Notes: a model not told the origin generated them from the letters alone. A stretch of 64,000 bases of DNA from Candidatus Latescibacterota bacterium (GCA_963667175.2 CAXXXF010000004.1:32001-96000), one strand, 5' to 3'; counted from the stretch's first letter, positions 29,696 through 40,449 are shown. Translations and numbers: made by a program.

Positions 29696-31084
29696 ATGCG
29701 ACTGGCGATTTGCGGGATCAGGCATGAAACGAACACGTTTTCGCCGCTTCGGGCGGGTATTGAGGACTTTCGCGTTTTACGCGGGGATGAAGTCATGGCC
29801 GACGTCCCCCGGCAGGCGTTCGACAACGTCGAATGGTCGCCAACGCTGGTCTCGAAGGCGCAGCCGCATGGGCTGGTCCTCCAGGAGGCGTACGAGTCCA
29901 TGGCAGCGGAGATGGTGGATCGTCTGCGCCGGGCATTTCCGCTGGACGGCGTGTACCTGGACCTGCACGGGGCAATGGAGGTGGAGGACGTTGGCGACGG
30001 GGAGCGCGACCTGGTCTGCCGCGTGCGCGAGACGGTCGGCGACGAGATTCCGATCGTCGCAAGCCTGGATCTGCACGCCAATCTGGCGCCCGAGGTCGTG
30101 GAGAAGACCAATGTACTCACCGCGCTGCGGACCGCGCCCCACGTGGACCGGCGCGAGACCCAGGTACGCGCGATCGGACATCTGGTCCGCTGCGTAAAGG
30201 AAGGCGTCCGGCCGCTGAATGCCATCGTAAGGCTGCCCATGCTGCTTCCGGGCGAACACGCGGCTACGGGGGTGGAGCCCGCCCGGTCTCTGTACGCGGG
30301 GCTTCAGGACGTGGAAGCGCAGTCCGACGTTCTGGACGCGTCGCTCATGATCGGGTGCGCGTGGACCGACTCGCCGTATACATCGGTGGCCTCGATCGTG
30401 GTTTCGGAGAATCGCGACGCGGCGGGGGAGCAGGCGGAACGCATGGCGCGGAGAATCTGGCTGCGGCGCGATGAATTCGCGCCGGACGTGGTGACGCTGC
30501 CCGTGGAAGACGTCGTTCGCCAAGCGATCCGCGAGACCCGCTTTCCCGTATTTCTTTCCGACTCGGGAGACAACGTCACGGCAGGGGCGGCGGGGGACGT
30601 CCCGGTGGTCCTTAAGGCGCTGCTGGACGCGGGCGCAAGAGACGCGGTTGTCGCGGGGATCGCTGACGCCAAGGCCGTGGCGCGGTGTCTTGAAGGGGGG
30701 ATCGGGGCTGGACTGACCCTGAACGTGGGCGGCAAGCTCGACAGGATAAACGGTTCTCCTCTGGAGGTAACGGGCCGGGTCGTCTCCACGAATCCGCCGC
30801 GGATTGCCGTGTTTCTGGTGGAGGACGTCAGGGTCGTGTTGACTGCCGACCGCATGCCGTTCCTGGACCTGCGGGCCTTTGCAGAGGCCAACGTGGATCC
30901 CGCTGCACACGAGATCGTGGTTGTAAAACACGGATATCTCGCCCCGGAACTGCGGGAAGTCGCCGGCACGGCGCTGATGGCGATCAGCCCGGGGTGTACG
31001 ACCCTGGCACTGGAGACATTGCCCTACAAACGGATTCGACGGCCCGTGTTTCCACTGGACGAGGACGTCGAATTCCCCGTGTGA
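29696..31084 (+). CDS. M81-family metallopeptidase (MlrC-like)
   Basis: HETNTFSP, LDLHGAM, LDLHAN, RTAPHVD, DSGDN, VVK. Confidence 0.9.
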   Translation: MRLAICGIRHETNTFSPLRAGIEDFRVLRGDEVMADVPRQAFDNVEWSPTLVSKAQPHGLVLQEAYESMAAEMVDRLRRAFPLDGVYLDLHGAMEVEDVGDGERDLVCRVRETVGDEIPIVASLDLHANLAPEVVEKTNVLTALRTAPHVDRRETQVRAIGHLVRCVKEGVRPLNAIVRLPMLLPGEHAATGVEPARSLYAGLQDVEAQSDVLDASLMIGCAWTDSPYTSVASIVVSENRDAAGEQAERMARRIWLRRDEFAPDVVTLPVEDVVRQAIRETRFPVFLSDSGDNVTAGAAGDVPVVLKALLDAGARDAVVAGIADAKAVARCLEGGIGAGLTLNVGGKLDRINGSPLEVTGRVVSTNPPRIAVFLVEDVRVVLTADRMPFLDLRAFAEANVDPAAHEIVVVKHGYLAPELREVAGTALMAISPGCTTLALETLPYKRIRRPVFPLDEDVEFPV

Positions 31085-33804
31085 TGGACCGCGAAATGAT
31101 CGTGATCTTAGTGGTGTCGGCCCTGGTGTTTCTGCTGATTCTGATGCCTGGACGTCTTTGCGCGGGACCCGTGTTTCATCCTGGCGTCGACCAGGGTCAT
31201 GTTGCGGGTCTCGAGAAGAGCCTGGCGCCCCTTATGGCGCTGACCGAAGACGAGCTTAAGCGATTGATTCCGGACCGGTCCGGCTTCAGGTTTGTGGACT
31301 GTCCGAATTGCGAGGGGGGCGCCGAGGAGAATCAACTGTCGTGGTCGATCGAGGAGCCCGACCGGGTCTTCTGCCTGTTCTGCAAGATGCGGTTTCCGAA
31401 CCCGACGTTTCCCGAAAACGGGGTGATGCGGGTAACCAATCCGCGGGGCGAGGTCCAGGAGTATCCGTACTGGGAGGCGCCGTTTCCCCCGCCGGCTGAG
31501 CTGCCCGGATCGCTCTCGCATTTTGCGCCCGACAGGAAGTACCGGCACTATTTCCGGGCCAAGGGATGGTACGTGGCCCGGATGTATTTTTCGGATGCGG
31601 CCCTTCGTCTCGGAAAGCTGTATTTTCTCACCGGCAAACTGGAATTCGCCCGCAGAGCGGCGTTGATCCTGGATCGCTTCGCCCATGTCTATCCCGGATA
31701 CTGCGCACGGTTCGACGCGCCGTTCCGGCCCAAGGTGGTTTTTGAGGGAGACCGGACGTTCCCCTTTCCGGTGTCACCGTATCTGGCGGCGAAGTGGGAC
31801 TACTGGGCGTATGGGGATATTCCGTCGAACCTGGTCCTCGCCTACGATCTGATTCGCGAGAGCGGCCAGGTTGCCGACGGAATGAAGCGGAGAATCGAAG
31901 ACGATCTGATTCGGGGAAGCGTTTCGTTTGTGCGTTCCTATCCGATTACGCTCAGCAATATGGATCCGGCGATCCTGCACGGCCTGATTTCGGCGGGACG
32001 GGTCCTTGCCGAGCCCGCGTACGTGCACGACGCGGTGCAATGGATCACCGACCTGATCCGCAAGCAGTTTTTCGTGGATGGGATGTGGCGGGAAGCGTCG
32101 GTCTCGTATCATAATCAGACAGTGGGCGGCCTGGCCGGCGCGATGGACCTGCTGGATGGGTATAGCGATCCGGAAGGCTATGTTCATCCCGAAACCGGAG
32201 CGCGTTACGAGAATCTGGACCTGTCGGACCGGTTCCCGCTCTTCGAAAAGGCGAGGCGGATTCCGGATCTTCTGCGATACCCGAACGGGCGCGTGGTTGC
32301 GGTACACGATACCTGGGCGCGGGAGCATCGTGCGCCCACCGAATGCTCCCGCCCTTATCTGCTTGGCGGCGCGGGGCACGCCTGGCTTGGTCGCGGCGAT
32401 GGCGCGAATCAGATTCAGGCTCACCTGCACTTTTCCGGCGCGTACGGTCACGCGCACGCGGACCTGTTGAGCATTACGCTGTTTTCTCATGGTCAGGAGC
32501 GGCTGTCCGACATAGGATACACCTGGACCCACCAGCGGCAGTGGGCGTCCAGCACGCTGTCACACAGCACCGTGGTCGTGAACGGCGAGGACCAGGCGCG
32601 AGGCAATGAAAACAACCCTTCCGATGGCAACCTGCTGTTGTTTGTGCCGGGTAACAGCGGGTTTCAGGCGGTGGCCGCGCAGGGCAACCGGGCGTATCCC
32701 GGGGTCGTACAGGATTACAGTAGATTGCTGGTGCTGATCGGCGTTTCGGCGCGGGACGCGTATCTGGTTGATGTGTTTCGCGTGGACGGCGGAGCGCGGC
32801 ACGAATACGTGCTTGTGGGAGACGCGAACAACGACGGCGCTATCGAGACGGACCTGGAACGGTCGGCCTACGGCGAGACGCTGCTGCCGCCCGACGTGAA
32901 GGTTGTGCTGCCCAGCGGGGAAACCGTACCGGGATATGCCGAGGGACACAACTTCGTCTACGCGTACGTGGGAGACGTCAACCGAGCGGAAATTGCGGCG
33001 CCGTGGCAGGTGATCTTTACGAGCGACGGCGAGCCGACGGGCGGGGTCCGCGTCCATGGGGTCTCGGAGTTGGACGGGGAACTGCTCTTCGGGAGCATGC
33101 CGTCCGTGCGGCGCGCGGAAGAAAGCGAAGCCAGACTGGATGACTATACGATGCCCGCGATGATCCACCGGCGGGAGGGGAACGATCTCTCCAGCGGATT
33201 CGTGAACGTTCTGGAACCGTTCGGCGAAGCGCCGTTCCTGCGCTCGGTGGAGCGACTGGGCGCCGATTCCAACGGTGTGGCGCTGAAGATCGTAGGGGAG
33301 GACTACACGGATTATATGCTCTGCAACCCGGATGGTAAGCGGATGGTTGCGGGAGACGCGGTGCTGGATGGCCGGATCGGGTTTGTCCGCGAGCGAGACG
33401 GCGGCGTCGAACGGATGACCCTGGTGGGCGGGTCGCTGCTGCAAAAGGGCAACGCCCGACTCACGGGAGACGGAATCTATAGAGGTTCGATACAGGAGGT
33501 GTTGCGAAAGGAAGCCGGTTCCGACGTCAACGGACTGGTCGTGGCTGGCGGTGTTCCCGAAGGGGACAGGATGGCAGGTTTGACGGTTGTGGTCAAAGAC
33601 GGTGCAGGCTTTACGCTGGGGATCGGGTTGGCGGACGTCGTAAAACGGGACGGCCGGACCGTCCTGGTCCTGGACGACGATCCCGGGTTCGAAATCGACC
33701 CGGACGGGACGTCCCGGCATGTCTATTTCCCGCGCCGGACCTGGACCGGAGAGAATCGATACGAGATTATGGACGTGAAACATCTTGTTCGGCCTCCGAA
33801 ATAG
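31084..33804 (+). CDS. Heparinase II/III-family protein with N-terminal signal/TM segment and two CxxC motifs
   Basis: DGMWREASVSYH, GHAHADLLSI, DIGY, STLSHSTVVVNG; CPNC and CLFC. Confidence 0.8.
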   Translation: MDREMIVILVVSALVFLLILMPGRLCAGPVFHPGVDQGHVAGLEKSLAPLMALTEDELKRLIPDRSGFRFVDCPNCEGGAEENQLSWSIEEPDRVFCLFCKMRFPNPTFPENGVMRVTNPRGEVQEYPYWEAPFPPPAELPGSLSHFAPDRKYRHYFRAKGWYVARMYFSDAALRLGKLYFLTGKLEFARRAALILDRFAHVYPGYCARFDAPFRPKVVFEGDRTFPFPVSPYLAAKWDYWAYGDIPSNLVLAYDLIRESGQVADGMKRRIEDDLIRGSVSFVRSYPITLSNMDPAILHGLISAGRVLAEPAYVHDAVQWITDLIRKQFFVDGMWREASVSYHNQTVGGLAGAMDLLDGYSDPEGYVHPETGARYENLDLSDRFPLFEKARRIPDLLRYPNGRVVAVHDTWAREHRAPTECSRPYLLGGAGHAWLGRGDGANQIQAHLHFSGAYGHAHADLLSITLFSHGQERLSDIGYTWTHQRQWASSTLSHSTVVVNGEDQARGNENNPSDGNLLLFVPGNSGFQAVAAQGNRAYPGVVQDYSRLLVLIGVSARDAYLVDVFRVDGGARHEYVLVGDANNDGAIETDLERSAYGETLLPPDVKVVLPSGETVPGYAEGHNFVYAYVGDVNRAEIAAPWQVIFTSDGEPTGGVRVHGVSELDGELLFGSMPSVRRAEESEARLDDYTMPAMIHRREGNDLSSGFVNVLEPFGEAPFLRSVERLGADSNGVALKIVGEDYTDYMLCNPDGKRMVAGDAVLDGRIGFVRERDGGVERMTLVGGSLLQKGNARLTGDGIYRGSIQEVLRKEAGSDVNGLVVAGGVPEGDRMAGLTVVVKDGAGFTLGIGLADVVKRDGRTVLVLDDDPGFEIDPDGTSRHVYFPRRTWTGENRYEIMDVKHLVRPPK

Positions 33805-33828
33805 GTCGCCGAAATTCGACGGCTCAGA

Positions 33829-34129
33829 AGCAGCTATCAGCAGTCAGCCGTTAGCTTGAAGCAAGAGCGAAAATCGGCTCACACGGAGACACGAAGACAC
33901 AAAGAAAACCAAAGGCTAAGATTCTGAAACACCGTTCAGGCGGACAACCACAAGGGTTGACCCTACGAATACAATATGGACGCAGGCAGACGCGAATTTC
34001 GCGCGTTAAGGGTTTACCGTAACAAATCTCGCAAGACACCATCAAACGCACGATGGCGGTGCGGGGGAGAGGTTCCGCCTTTTGGTTTCAGGTTCAGGCT
34101 GACCGCTGATGGCTGATTGCTGACAGCTG
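33829..34129. repeat. TCAGC/GCTGA heptamer-bounded element with nested repeats
   Basis: Arms AGCAGCTATCAGCAGTCAGCCGTTAGC and GGCTGACCGCTGATGGCTGATTGCTGACAGC; internal CACGGAGACACGAAGACACAAAG and a REP at 33939-33966. Confidence 0.7.
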
Positions 34130-34152
34130 TATTGACGCAAGGAGAAAACGAA

Positions 34153-36567
34153 ATGGTCCAGATGTCAGATACGACCGAACTGAAAGCCCCTTTCCTTCCG
34201 TCGGAAGAGAACGAACTCAGCCGGCGCTACCTGCGGATGATCGAGAAGTGGATTCCCACGGGAGTCGAGTATTTCCAGGAATGGCCGGACCGCCCGGACT
34301 GCGGGCACTTCTTCGGCGGCGTCCACTGGTATGGCGCCGAGACCACGTCGCCCGTGGAGACGTTTGCCTTCGCCAGCATCTCGCCGGAGTACGACGAGAA
34401 AGGGGTCGGCGTCTCCCGGGACGACCTTCAGCGCATGGCGATTATGGGGCTGAGGTACCTTTGCTTCACGCACGACTCCGGGCCCCCGGACTGCGTCCGG
34501 CCCAGCGTGGGACTGGGACGTCCCGAGATCTGCGGTACCAAGTGGGGCGAACGCGGCCTGGGGTTCTTCAAGGAGAGCCAGTGCGGCCATGGGATCTCGA
34601 CGCTGGCGCGGGTGTGTCTGTTGCTGCGGAACCGGATCGACGACGAGACGTGGATGATGATGGCGCGCGTGCACGCGGACTATGCCGGCAGATTCGGGAA
34701 CATGGCGCCGAAGAGCGGGATTTACGTGGATACGCAGATGGAGGAGAATGCCTGGACGTCCAACGGTTTGACCTCCTGCCATCTGTTTCTGGAGCGCCAC
34801 GCAGACGCCGCCGAATGGGAGGCAACATGCAGGCGGTGGATGTACTCCACCTGCTCGGCGCCGCAGGACGCGAAGGACCGCGGCGCATTGGGCCGGACGA
34901 CGGCGGCGGCGCTCGCGGGAAAGATATTTACCGCGTTGCCGGACTACTGGGCGGAAAACCACGGGATGGTGCACCCGAACTACACCGCGTCGGGCGTCCG
35001 TCCGCTCAGTTCGGCGGGGGTGCAGTTGAAGCTGTGGGGCCGGGAACTGCCGCCGGAGTTGTTCTGGAACCGGCGCAGGGTGTACGAGAATCTCAAGGCG
35101 ATGACCGACGGGTGGGGGTACGCCCAGGCCGTGCAGGGAATGGACTGGCATTATCTGCCTGCCGCCGGTAGCGAGAACCCGCATTCGGCGGCCGCCGTGT
35201 TCTTCGACGACGCGGATGCCGCCGCGCTTCTGCGCAGAGGGCTCCGGAACGCGGAACTGCGGCAGGATGGAAACGGCGGGCGGATGTACGACAGGGATTT
35301 CGCGGAACGGGCGCACGATCAGCAGGACCCCATGATCATGCGGGAAGTCACCATCAGCGCGGTTGCGCACCAGTACCTGTTCCACCGTTTGTTCGGACCT
35401 GGGCCGCCGCCCACCCCGGAAGACGAACTCGAGCGGCGACTGGCCGGGGTGCGTGAATACCCGCACGCGGGTTTCGTCCATCACCGGCATCCGAAGGGAC
35501 AGACCTCGTTTTCGTGGCGAAATTCCGTGATGGCAATGCCGCTGACCAGGGAGGGCATTTACACGTTCGCGCCCTGTTCGGACAGCTGGTTGGGCAGGCC
35601 GGTGGTAAAGGGGCGCCCGGACAGCCATCGCCTGAAGCGGGCGCGCGTGACCGACTATGACGACGGGTTTGCGGTGGCGATGACCATGGACCGGTGCCAG
35701 GAGTCATTGCGGCAGCAGGTGTTGTTCGCCAGCCTGCCGGATGGACGGACGCTGTCCTTCGAACGGTTCACGGCCCTGGAAGACCTGACGCTGGAATCGC
35801 TCGACCAGGGGTTTCTGCGGATTACCAATGAGCATTTCCCGCGGCTCGAACCGAACTGCAGAGGGGTCCGCACACTCTACAGACCCGATGGGTCGACCGA
35901 CTACAAAGGCTGGCTCGGCGAACGTGAGGCCGAGGATATCGAGGATAGCCTCGGAAGGCCGGAATGGCTGAATGTCGACGACCGCCTGGGCATCGTTTTT
36001 TCGGCCACCGGCGAGGCGGGTTATCTGAATCGACACTACTATAAGCCGTATCGCGCGATCGCGGACGACCTCACGCTTTCGCGCCAGGCGGACGAGGAGG
36101 CGTTGCGCGCGGGCGAGGAAGCCGGGTCCCTTACGGCGTTGCTGATTCCCGAACAGACCCACGAAGACACGCCTGCCAGCCGGCTCGACGTATTGACGGG
36201 GCCGGACGGGAGCGCCTGCCTGGTGACGGACGGGTACCTCGCGGCGGCGAATTTCGAGGAGAGACGCAAGGTTTGTACGTTTAAGCAGGCGCGGCAGGAG
36301 GACGTCCTCGTCTATTCCGGCGCAACGGTTGACGTGAACGGCGATGCTGTGCGCTATCGCGTGCCGCTCAACAGCCAGAGCGCGCGTCTGCTGGCCGGGA
36401 CGGTTACACTGCGCGCGAATGGAGATATCAGGGCCGATGCCGCGCCCGGCGGCGAGGTCTACGTGACGAACACCGATAGCGGTCAATCGGTCGTCGAAAT
36501 CGCGAAGGGTGAAGGCGCAGGCACAGAGCATTCCGTCGACGCGGGGCAGACGATTCGCATAGGATAG
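34153..36567 (+). CDS. Hypothetical ~800 aa protein (paralog of 27139-29553)
   Basis: Colinear full-length similarity to the paralog; AAGGAGA RBS. Confidence 0.75.
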   Translation: MVQMSDTTELKAPFLPSEENELSRRYLRMIEKWIPTGVEYFQEWPDRPDCGHFFGGVHWYGAETTSPVETFAFASISPEYDEKGVGVSRDDLQRMAIMGLRYLCFTHDSGPPDCVRPSVGLGRPEICGTKWGERGLGFFKESQCGHGISTLARVCLLLRNRIDDETWMMMARVHADYAGRFGNMAPKSGIYVDTQMEENAWTSNGLTSCHLFLERHADAAEWEATCRRWMYSTCSAPQDAKDRGALGRTTAAALAGKIFTALPDYWAENHGMVHPNYTASGVRPLSSAGVQLKLWGRELPPELFWNRRRVYENLKAMTDGWGYAQAVQGMDWHYLPAAGSENPHSAAAVFFDDADAAALLRRGLRNAELRQDGNGGRMYDRDFAERAHDQQDPMIMREVTISAVAHQYLFHRLFGPGPPPTPEDELERRLAGVREYPHAGFVHHRHPKGQTSFSWRNSVMAMPLTREGIYTFAPCSDSWLGRPVVKGRPDSHRLKRARVTDYDDGFAVAMTMDRCQESLRQQVLFASLPDGRTLSFERFTALEDLTLESLDQGFLRITNEHFPRLEPNCRGVRTLYRPDGSTDYKGWLGEREAEDIEDSLGRPEWLNVDDRLGIVFSATGEAGYLNRHYYKPYRAIADDLTLSRQADEEALRAGEEAGSLTALLIPEQTHEDTPASRLDVLTGPDGSACLVTDGYLAAANFEERRKVCTFKQARQEDVLVYSGATVDVNGDAVRYRVPLNSQSARLLAGTVTLRANGDIRADAAPGGEVYVTNTDSGQSVVEIAKGEGAGTEHSVDAGQTIRIG

Positions 36568-36702
36568 GAAAACGATATGGACGACGGTCTTTCCAAAGCG
36601 CGTTCATCGAGCTTGTCGAAATGTGCGCTTTGCAAGCCAGTCGGAGCGGGCTAAGCGAGCACGCCATTTCCAGGTTGATTGACACGTCGGGGAGGTATTC
36701 TT

Positions 36703-39237
36703 GTGACCGATCAATGGATACTCGAGAACAACGCCCTCTGTCTGCAGTGGCAGAATGGGCATCTGCAGGTGGAGAATCGGCTGTCGGGGTCGCGCCGCGC
36801 ATTCGACTTTCCCGCGTTCATGATCCGTCTCGGCGACGTGGAGATTCCGGCGGACCTGTTTGTCCGGACCGATGTCGAACCCGGAAAGGACGGGATCGCG
36901 TTCGATTTTCGCCACGAAACCACGGGAATTCAGGCGCGCGTGCGCTACCGGATCGACGGAGACAACCCCTGGTTCAGAAAGCAGTTGACGCTTCATGCGC
37001 CGGACAGCCCGGGCGCGCCCACGCCGGACCGGCTCTGGGTGGACGTTCAGGACGGTCCTCCAAGGCCCATGAGACGCGTGGGATACGGTGTCCGCGGCGG
37101 GCCCGACGCGGAAGAGCAGACCGGGATCGACTCGTACGCACCCCCGGTACCGGGCTGCGGGTATCCGGTGTGGGCCGGAGACTGGTTTGCCGGGCTGGAG
37201 CATCCGGCGGGGTTTGCGGTTCCGGGCGACAGGCTTGAACTGTTTCACCACCCCGTGTGGGACGACGAACGGCGCATCGAGAGCTACACGGCGGTGTACG
37301 GCGCGGCAGAGAGCCACGAGGCCGTGCGAGGCGCATTCATGGACTACGTGTGGCAGATCCGCCTGCCCCGGCTGTCGAAGCCGATATTCCATCTTTCGGT
37401 GGGATGGTCGGTCCGTTATCTGGGCAACCGGGAGTATCTCGACTCGTTCGAAATGAACCAGGCCTACGTAGAGGCGGTATCGAATCTCGGTCTGAAGCCG
37501 GATTCCCTGGCGTTTGACGCCGGTTGGTTCGACAGGAAGTCGATTTACCGGCACAAGGGAGACGACGAGGACGATTCGCGGCTCATCGCGTTTTCCGAGG
37601 ATCTGAAACAGAAGGGGTATTCGCTGGCGCTGTGGGTCACGCACAACGGTCCGGTGGGTTTCGACACCGATTGGATCCAGGAACAGGGATGGCGGGTTGG
37701 CGAAGGGCCCGGCTCGTACGGAAGCGGTACGTTCGTGGTGATGGCGCAGCCTTCCTTCGAAGAAGCGCTCGCCCGGCGCTGGGAGCGGCTGGTAGGAAAG
37801 GCGGGCGCGGTGCACCTGAAGATCGACTGGGACAACGAGTGCGCCACCCATCCCGATTTCGCGGAACGCTACCCGTCACCCCATCACATGCGCGAGGCGT
37901 CGGTGAACGCGTTCAACAGAATCGACCGTCGCCTTCGGGCCGTCAACCCGGACCTGGTGACGCGGAACGGGTGGTGGCCGAGTCCCTGGTGGCTGTGCCT
38001 GGCGAACCACGTCTGGCTGATACACTCGGGAGACTGCGAATACGCGTCGTGGCCGTCTCGCACCCAACGCGACCGGGCCCTGACGCATCGGGACTCGGTC
38101 TATTACCAGATCATGCGCCGTGCGGAGACGCCGATCTTCTTCGACGCGTATGACAATCACGAATTCGTGCAGGCCTTGACCAACGCGTTCGGCGATCCGC
38201 CCCATACATGGCTGGACAATCTGGTGTTGGCTTCCTGCCGCGGCACCACCTATATGCCGATGCCGATCAATCCCGAAAGCCTGCGGGCGGACCGGGCCGA
38301 ACAACTGCAGGCGATGATGGACTGGATGCGTTTCAACGCGGACGGACTGGGCACGAAGGAGACGCGCATGGTGCTTGGGAATCCGGCCTTCGGCGAAGTG
38401 TATGGCTTCCTGCATCCGTCGGAGGACAGCGCGTGGCTCCTGCTGCGAAATCCTTCCCCCGAACCGCAGGTCGTGGATCTCGGTCAGGAGGATGAATTGG
38501 GATATGCGCCGGGCACGGTTCGGCAGGTCTATCCCTTCTGGCAGGACCTGGAAGGGTCGATGACGATATTGGGGAACGAAGTACGGTTGTTGAAATTCTT
38601 CGCCGACGCACAGGAGGACGCGTCACCGATACCCGGAGCGGCGTTCATGGCCCGGTTGTGCGATCAGGGATGCGAATACCGGTTTCCCGGCGACCGGCGG
38701 CTGACGGGCGACGTGGGGCCCGCGGTGCATCCGGACATGCAGATCCACGGGCTCTCCGCGGAGGCAACGGCCGACGAACGGAGTGACGGGACGCACCGGA
38801 TGCAATGGTACGTTGCGGTTCCCCACCGATTCGAGCGGCCCGAATTCCAGGTTGTCCTGCGCGGTCCGGAGAAGGTGCTGGACGGCGTGGACGTCCGCGC
38901 CGGCGGATCGCGCTATCGTGGGGTACCGGCGAGATACGCCTACGAGACCCGGCGCATCCACCGTCAGGGCCGAAGCAGCCACGGATCGGCCAGATTCCTG
39001 CCGCCCGTGGGTCCGAGGGAACGCGACGACTACCTGTTCACAATTCACGACAGCGGATGGGCATCGGTTACATTGGACGTTACCGGCGACGGTCTCGACG
39101 AACTGAAGGTGGAGGCTTGGGTCACCGGATACGAAGCGCCCGCCAGGCAGGCGATTGTCCAAGACGCACCGCCGATGCCCGGCGCCCTGCTTCCGGCGCA
39201 TCCGTACGGGTTTTCGAGATGTCTGAGAATCAGGTGA
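36703..39237 (+). CDS. Putative clan GH-D (GH27/36-like) TIM-barrel glycosidase, divergent
   Basis: LAFDAGWF resembles DDGW, LALW, HLKIDWDN resembles the KxD nucleophile motif. Confidence 0.55.
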   Translation: MTDQWILENNALCLQWQNGHLQVENRLSGSRRAFDFPAFMIRLGDVEIPADLFVRTDVEPGKDGIAFDFRHETTGIQARVRYRIDGDNPWFRKQLTLHAPDSPGAPTPDRLWVDVQDGPPRPMRRVGYGVRGGPDAEEQTGIDSYAPPVPGCGYPVWAGDWFAGLEHPAGFAVPGDRLELFHHPVWDDERRIESYTAVYGAAESHEAVRGAFMDYVWQIRLPRLSKPIFHLSVGWSVRYLGNREYLDSFEMNQAYVEAVSNLGLKPDSLAFDAGWFDRKSIYRHKGDDEDDSRLIAFSEDLKQKGYSLALWVTHNGPVGFDTDWIQEQGWRVGEGPGSYGSGTFVVMAQPSFEEALARRWERLVGKAGAVHLKIDWDNECATHPDFAERYPSPHHMREASVNAFNRIDRRLRAVNPDLVTRNGWWPSPWWLCLANHVWLIHSGDCEYASWPSRTQRDRALTHRDSVYYQIMRRAETPIFFDAYDNHEFVQALTNAFGDPPHTWLDNLVLASCRGTTYMPMPINPESLRADRAEQLQAMMDWMRFNADGLGTKETRMVLGNPAFGEVYGFLHPSEDSAWLLLRNPSPEPQVVDLGQEDELGYAPGTVRQVYPFWQDLEGSMTILGNEVRLLKFFADAQEDASPIPGAAFMARLCDQGCEYRFPGDRRLTGDVGPAVHPDMQIHGLSAEATADERSDGTHRMQWYVAVPHRFERPEFQVVLRGPEKVLDGVDVRAGGSRYRGVPARYAYETRRIHRQGRSSHGSARFLPPVGPRERDDYLFTIHDSGWASVTLDVTGDGLDELKVEAWVTGYEAPARQAIVQDAPPMPGALLPAHPYGFSRCLRIR

Positions 39238-39286
39238 AGGGACGCGTTACCCGGTTGTGGCTGGAGATCTGAAAGGAGACGTTGAA

Positions 39287-40165
39287 ATGACGCTGAGGCA
39301 CGATGCGGAGCAGAACGTCTGGCACTTTGAGACGGAGCAGATGATAGGACACATTCAGCCGGACGGAGACCGGCACGGGATCAAGGAATTGACCCACAAA
39401 CCCACCGGGGCTCAGGTGGCGCACCCGAAGTACGACCTCCTGAATCTGTTTTTCATGTTTTCGCAGAATCACTGCATGGGGCAGGCCCGGGAAAACGCGC
39501 GCAGCATCACGTCCGGGGGTAATGCGATCGACGTGCGCTGGACGCCGACGGACGATCACAAGGCGGAGATGACGGCCAGGTACGAAGTTGTCGAACCCAA
39601 TGCGGTGGACCTGTCCATTACCGTGAAGTCCAACTGGCCCTACCCGGCGTACGAAGTGTTCCTGTCGAACTATTTCGATCTGTCGCTGCGGCCGTACGTT
39701 TACGTTCAGGGGAGCCCGTTCGATATTCCCGCGGACCGCGCGCGGTGGATCGCGCCGGAGGTGAACGACGTCTTCGTGGGAACGGGCCTGGTCTTCTCGA
39801 GGGACCAGCACGCAGCCAGGCGGTCGACCGACGGGCGATGGGACCGGATCTGGGGCCTCTATCAGTGGAACCCGCAACGGTATTTCGAGGCGCCCGTGAT
39901 CATGAGCGCGAACCTGGAGAAAGGCGTTGCGGGGGTGCTGATGTCGCGTCCCCAGGACTGCTACGCGGTGATCAGCGGGTACGCGAGCGAGAACATGAAG
40001 GACCCGTTCAGGGACCAGAACCCCCTCTACCTCTCGCTCTTCGGGGACGATTTCCGCGTTGGCGACGAGCGGACCGTGGAGGTCCGGTTCGCCGTCACCG
40101 AAATCGACGACTCGCTGTCCCAACCACTGGCGCTATACGAAGCGTTCATCGCGGAGAAAGGGTAA
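39287..40165 (+). CDS. Hypothetical beta-rich protein
   Basis: Intact ORF with AAGGAG RBS and host-like codon usage. Confidence 0.7.
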   Translation: MTLRHDAEQNVWHFETEQMIGHIQPDGDRHGIKELTHKPTGAQVAHPKYDLLNLFFMFSQNHCMGQARENARSITSGGNAIDVRWTPTDDHKAEMTARYEVVEPNAVDLSITVKSNWPYPAYEVFLSNYFDLSLRPYVYVQGSPFDIPADRARWIAPEVNDVFVGTGLVFSRDQHAARRSTDGRWDRIWGLYQWNPQRYFEAPVIMSANLEKGVAGVLMSRPQDCYAVISGYASENMKDPFRDQNPLYLSLFGDDFRVGDERTVEVRFAVTEIDDSLSQPLALYEAFIAEKG

Positions 40166-40381
40166 GTGCGGGCGTGTACTGGCGGCCAAGATCCGGAGCC
40201 TGGCAAAGCGGGAGTGCGCCTTTCATTCGACAACAGACTCGCAGGGGAAGTCGTCTAACTCGACACTGACATGTAGGGCTGGTGCTGAAAGTAAGGCGCC
40301 GCGAACTCTCGAGGCCGTTGATGAGCAGGGAACATCCAGATGACTGATTTTCATCAAAGCAAAATAATTGTCAAAAAGCAA

Positions 40382-40410
40382 TTGATTTTCAAATGAGCAA
40401 TGACTATATT
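40382..40410 (+). promoter_or_regulatory. Sigma70 promoter of the Ubl-E2-JAB/E1 operon
   Basis: TTGATT-17 nt-TATATT within an AT-rich tract, 39 nt before ATG 40450. Confidence 0.65.
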
Positions 40411-40449
40411 TCTACTACAAACAACAACCATCTACCAAAGGAGAGAGAA

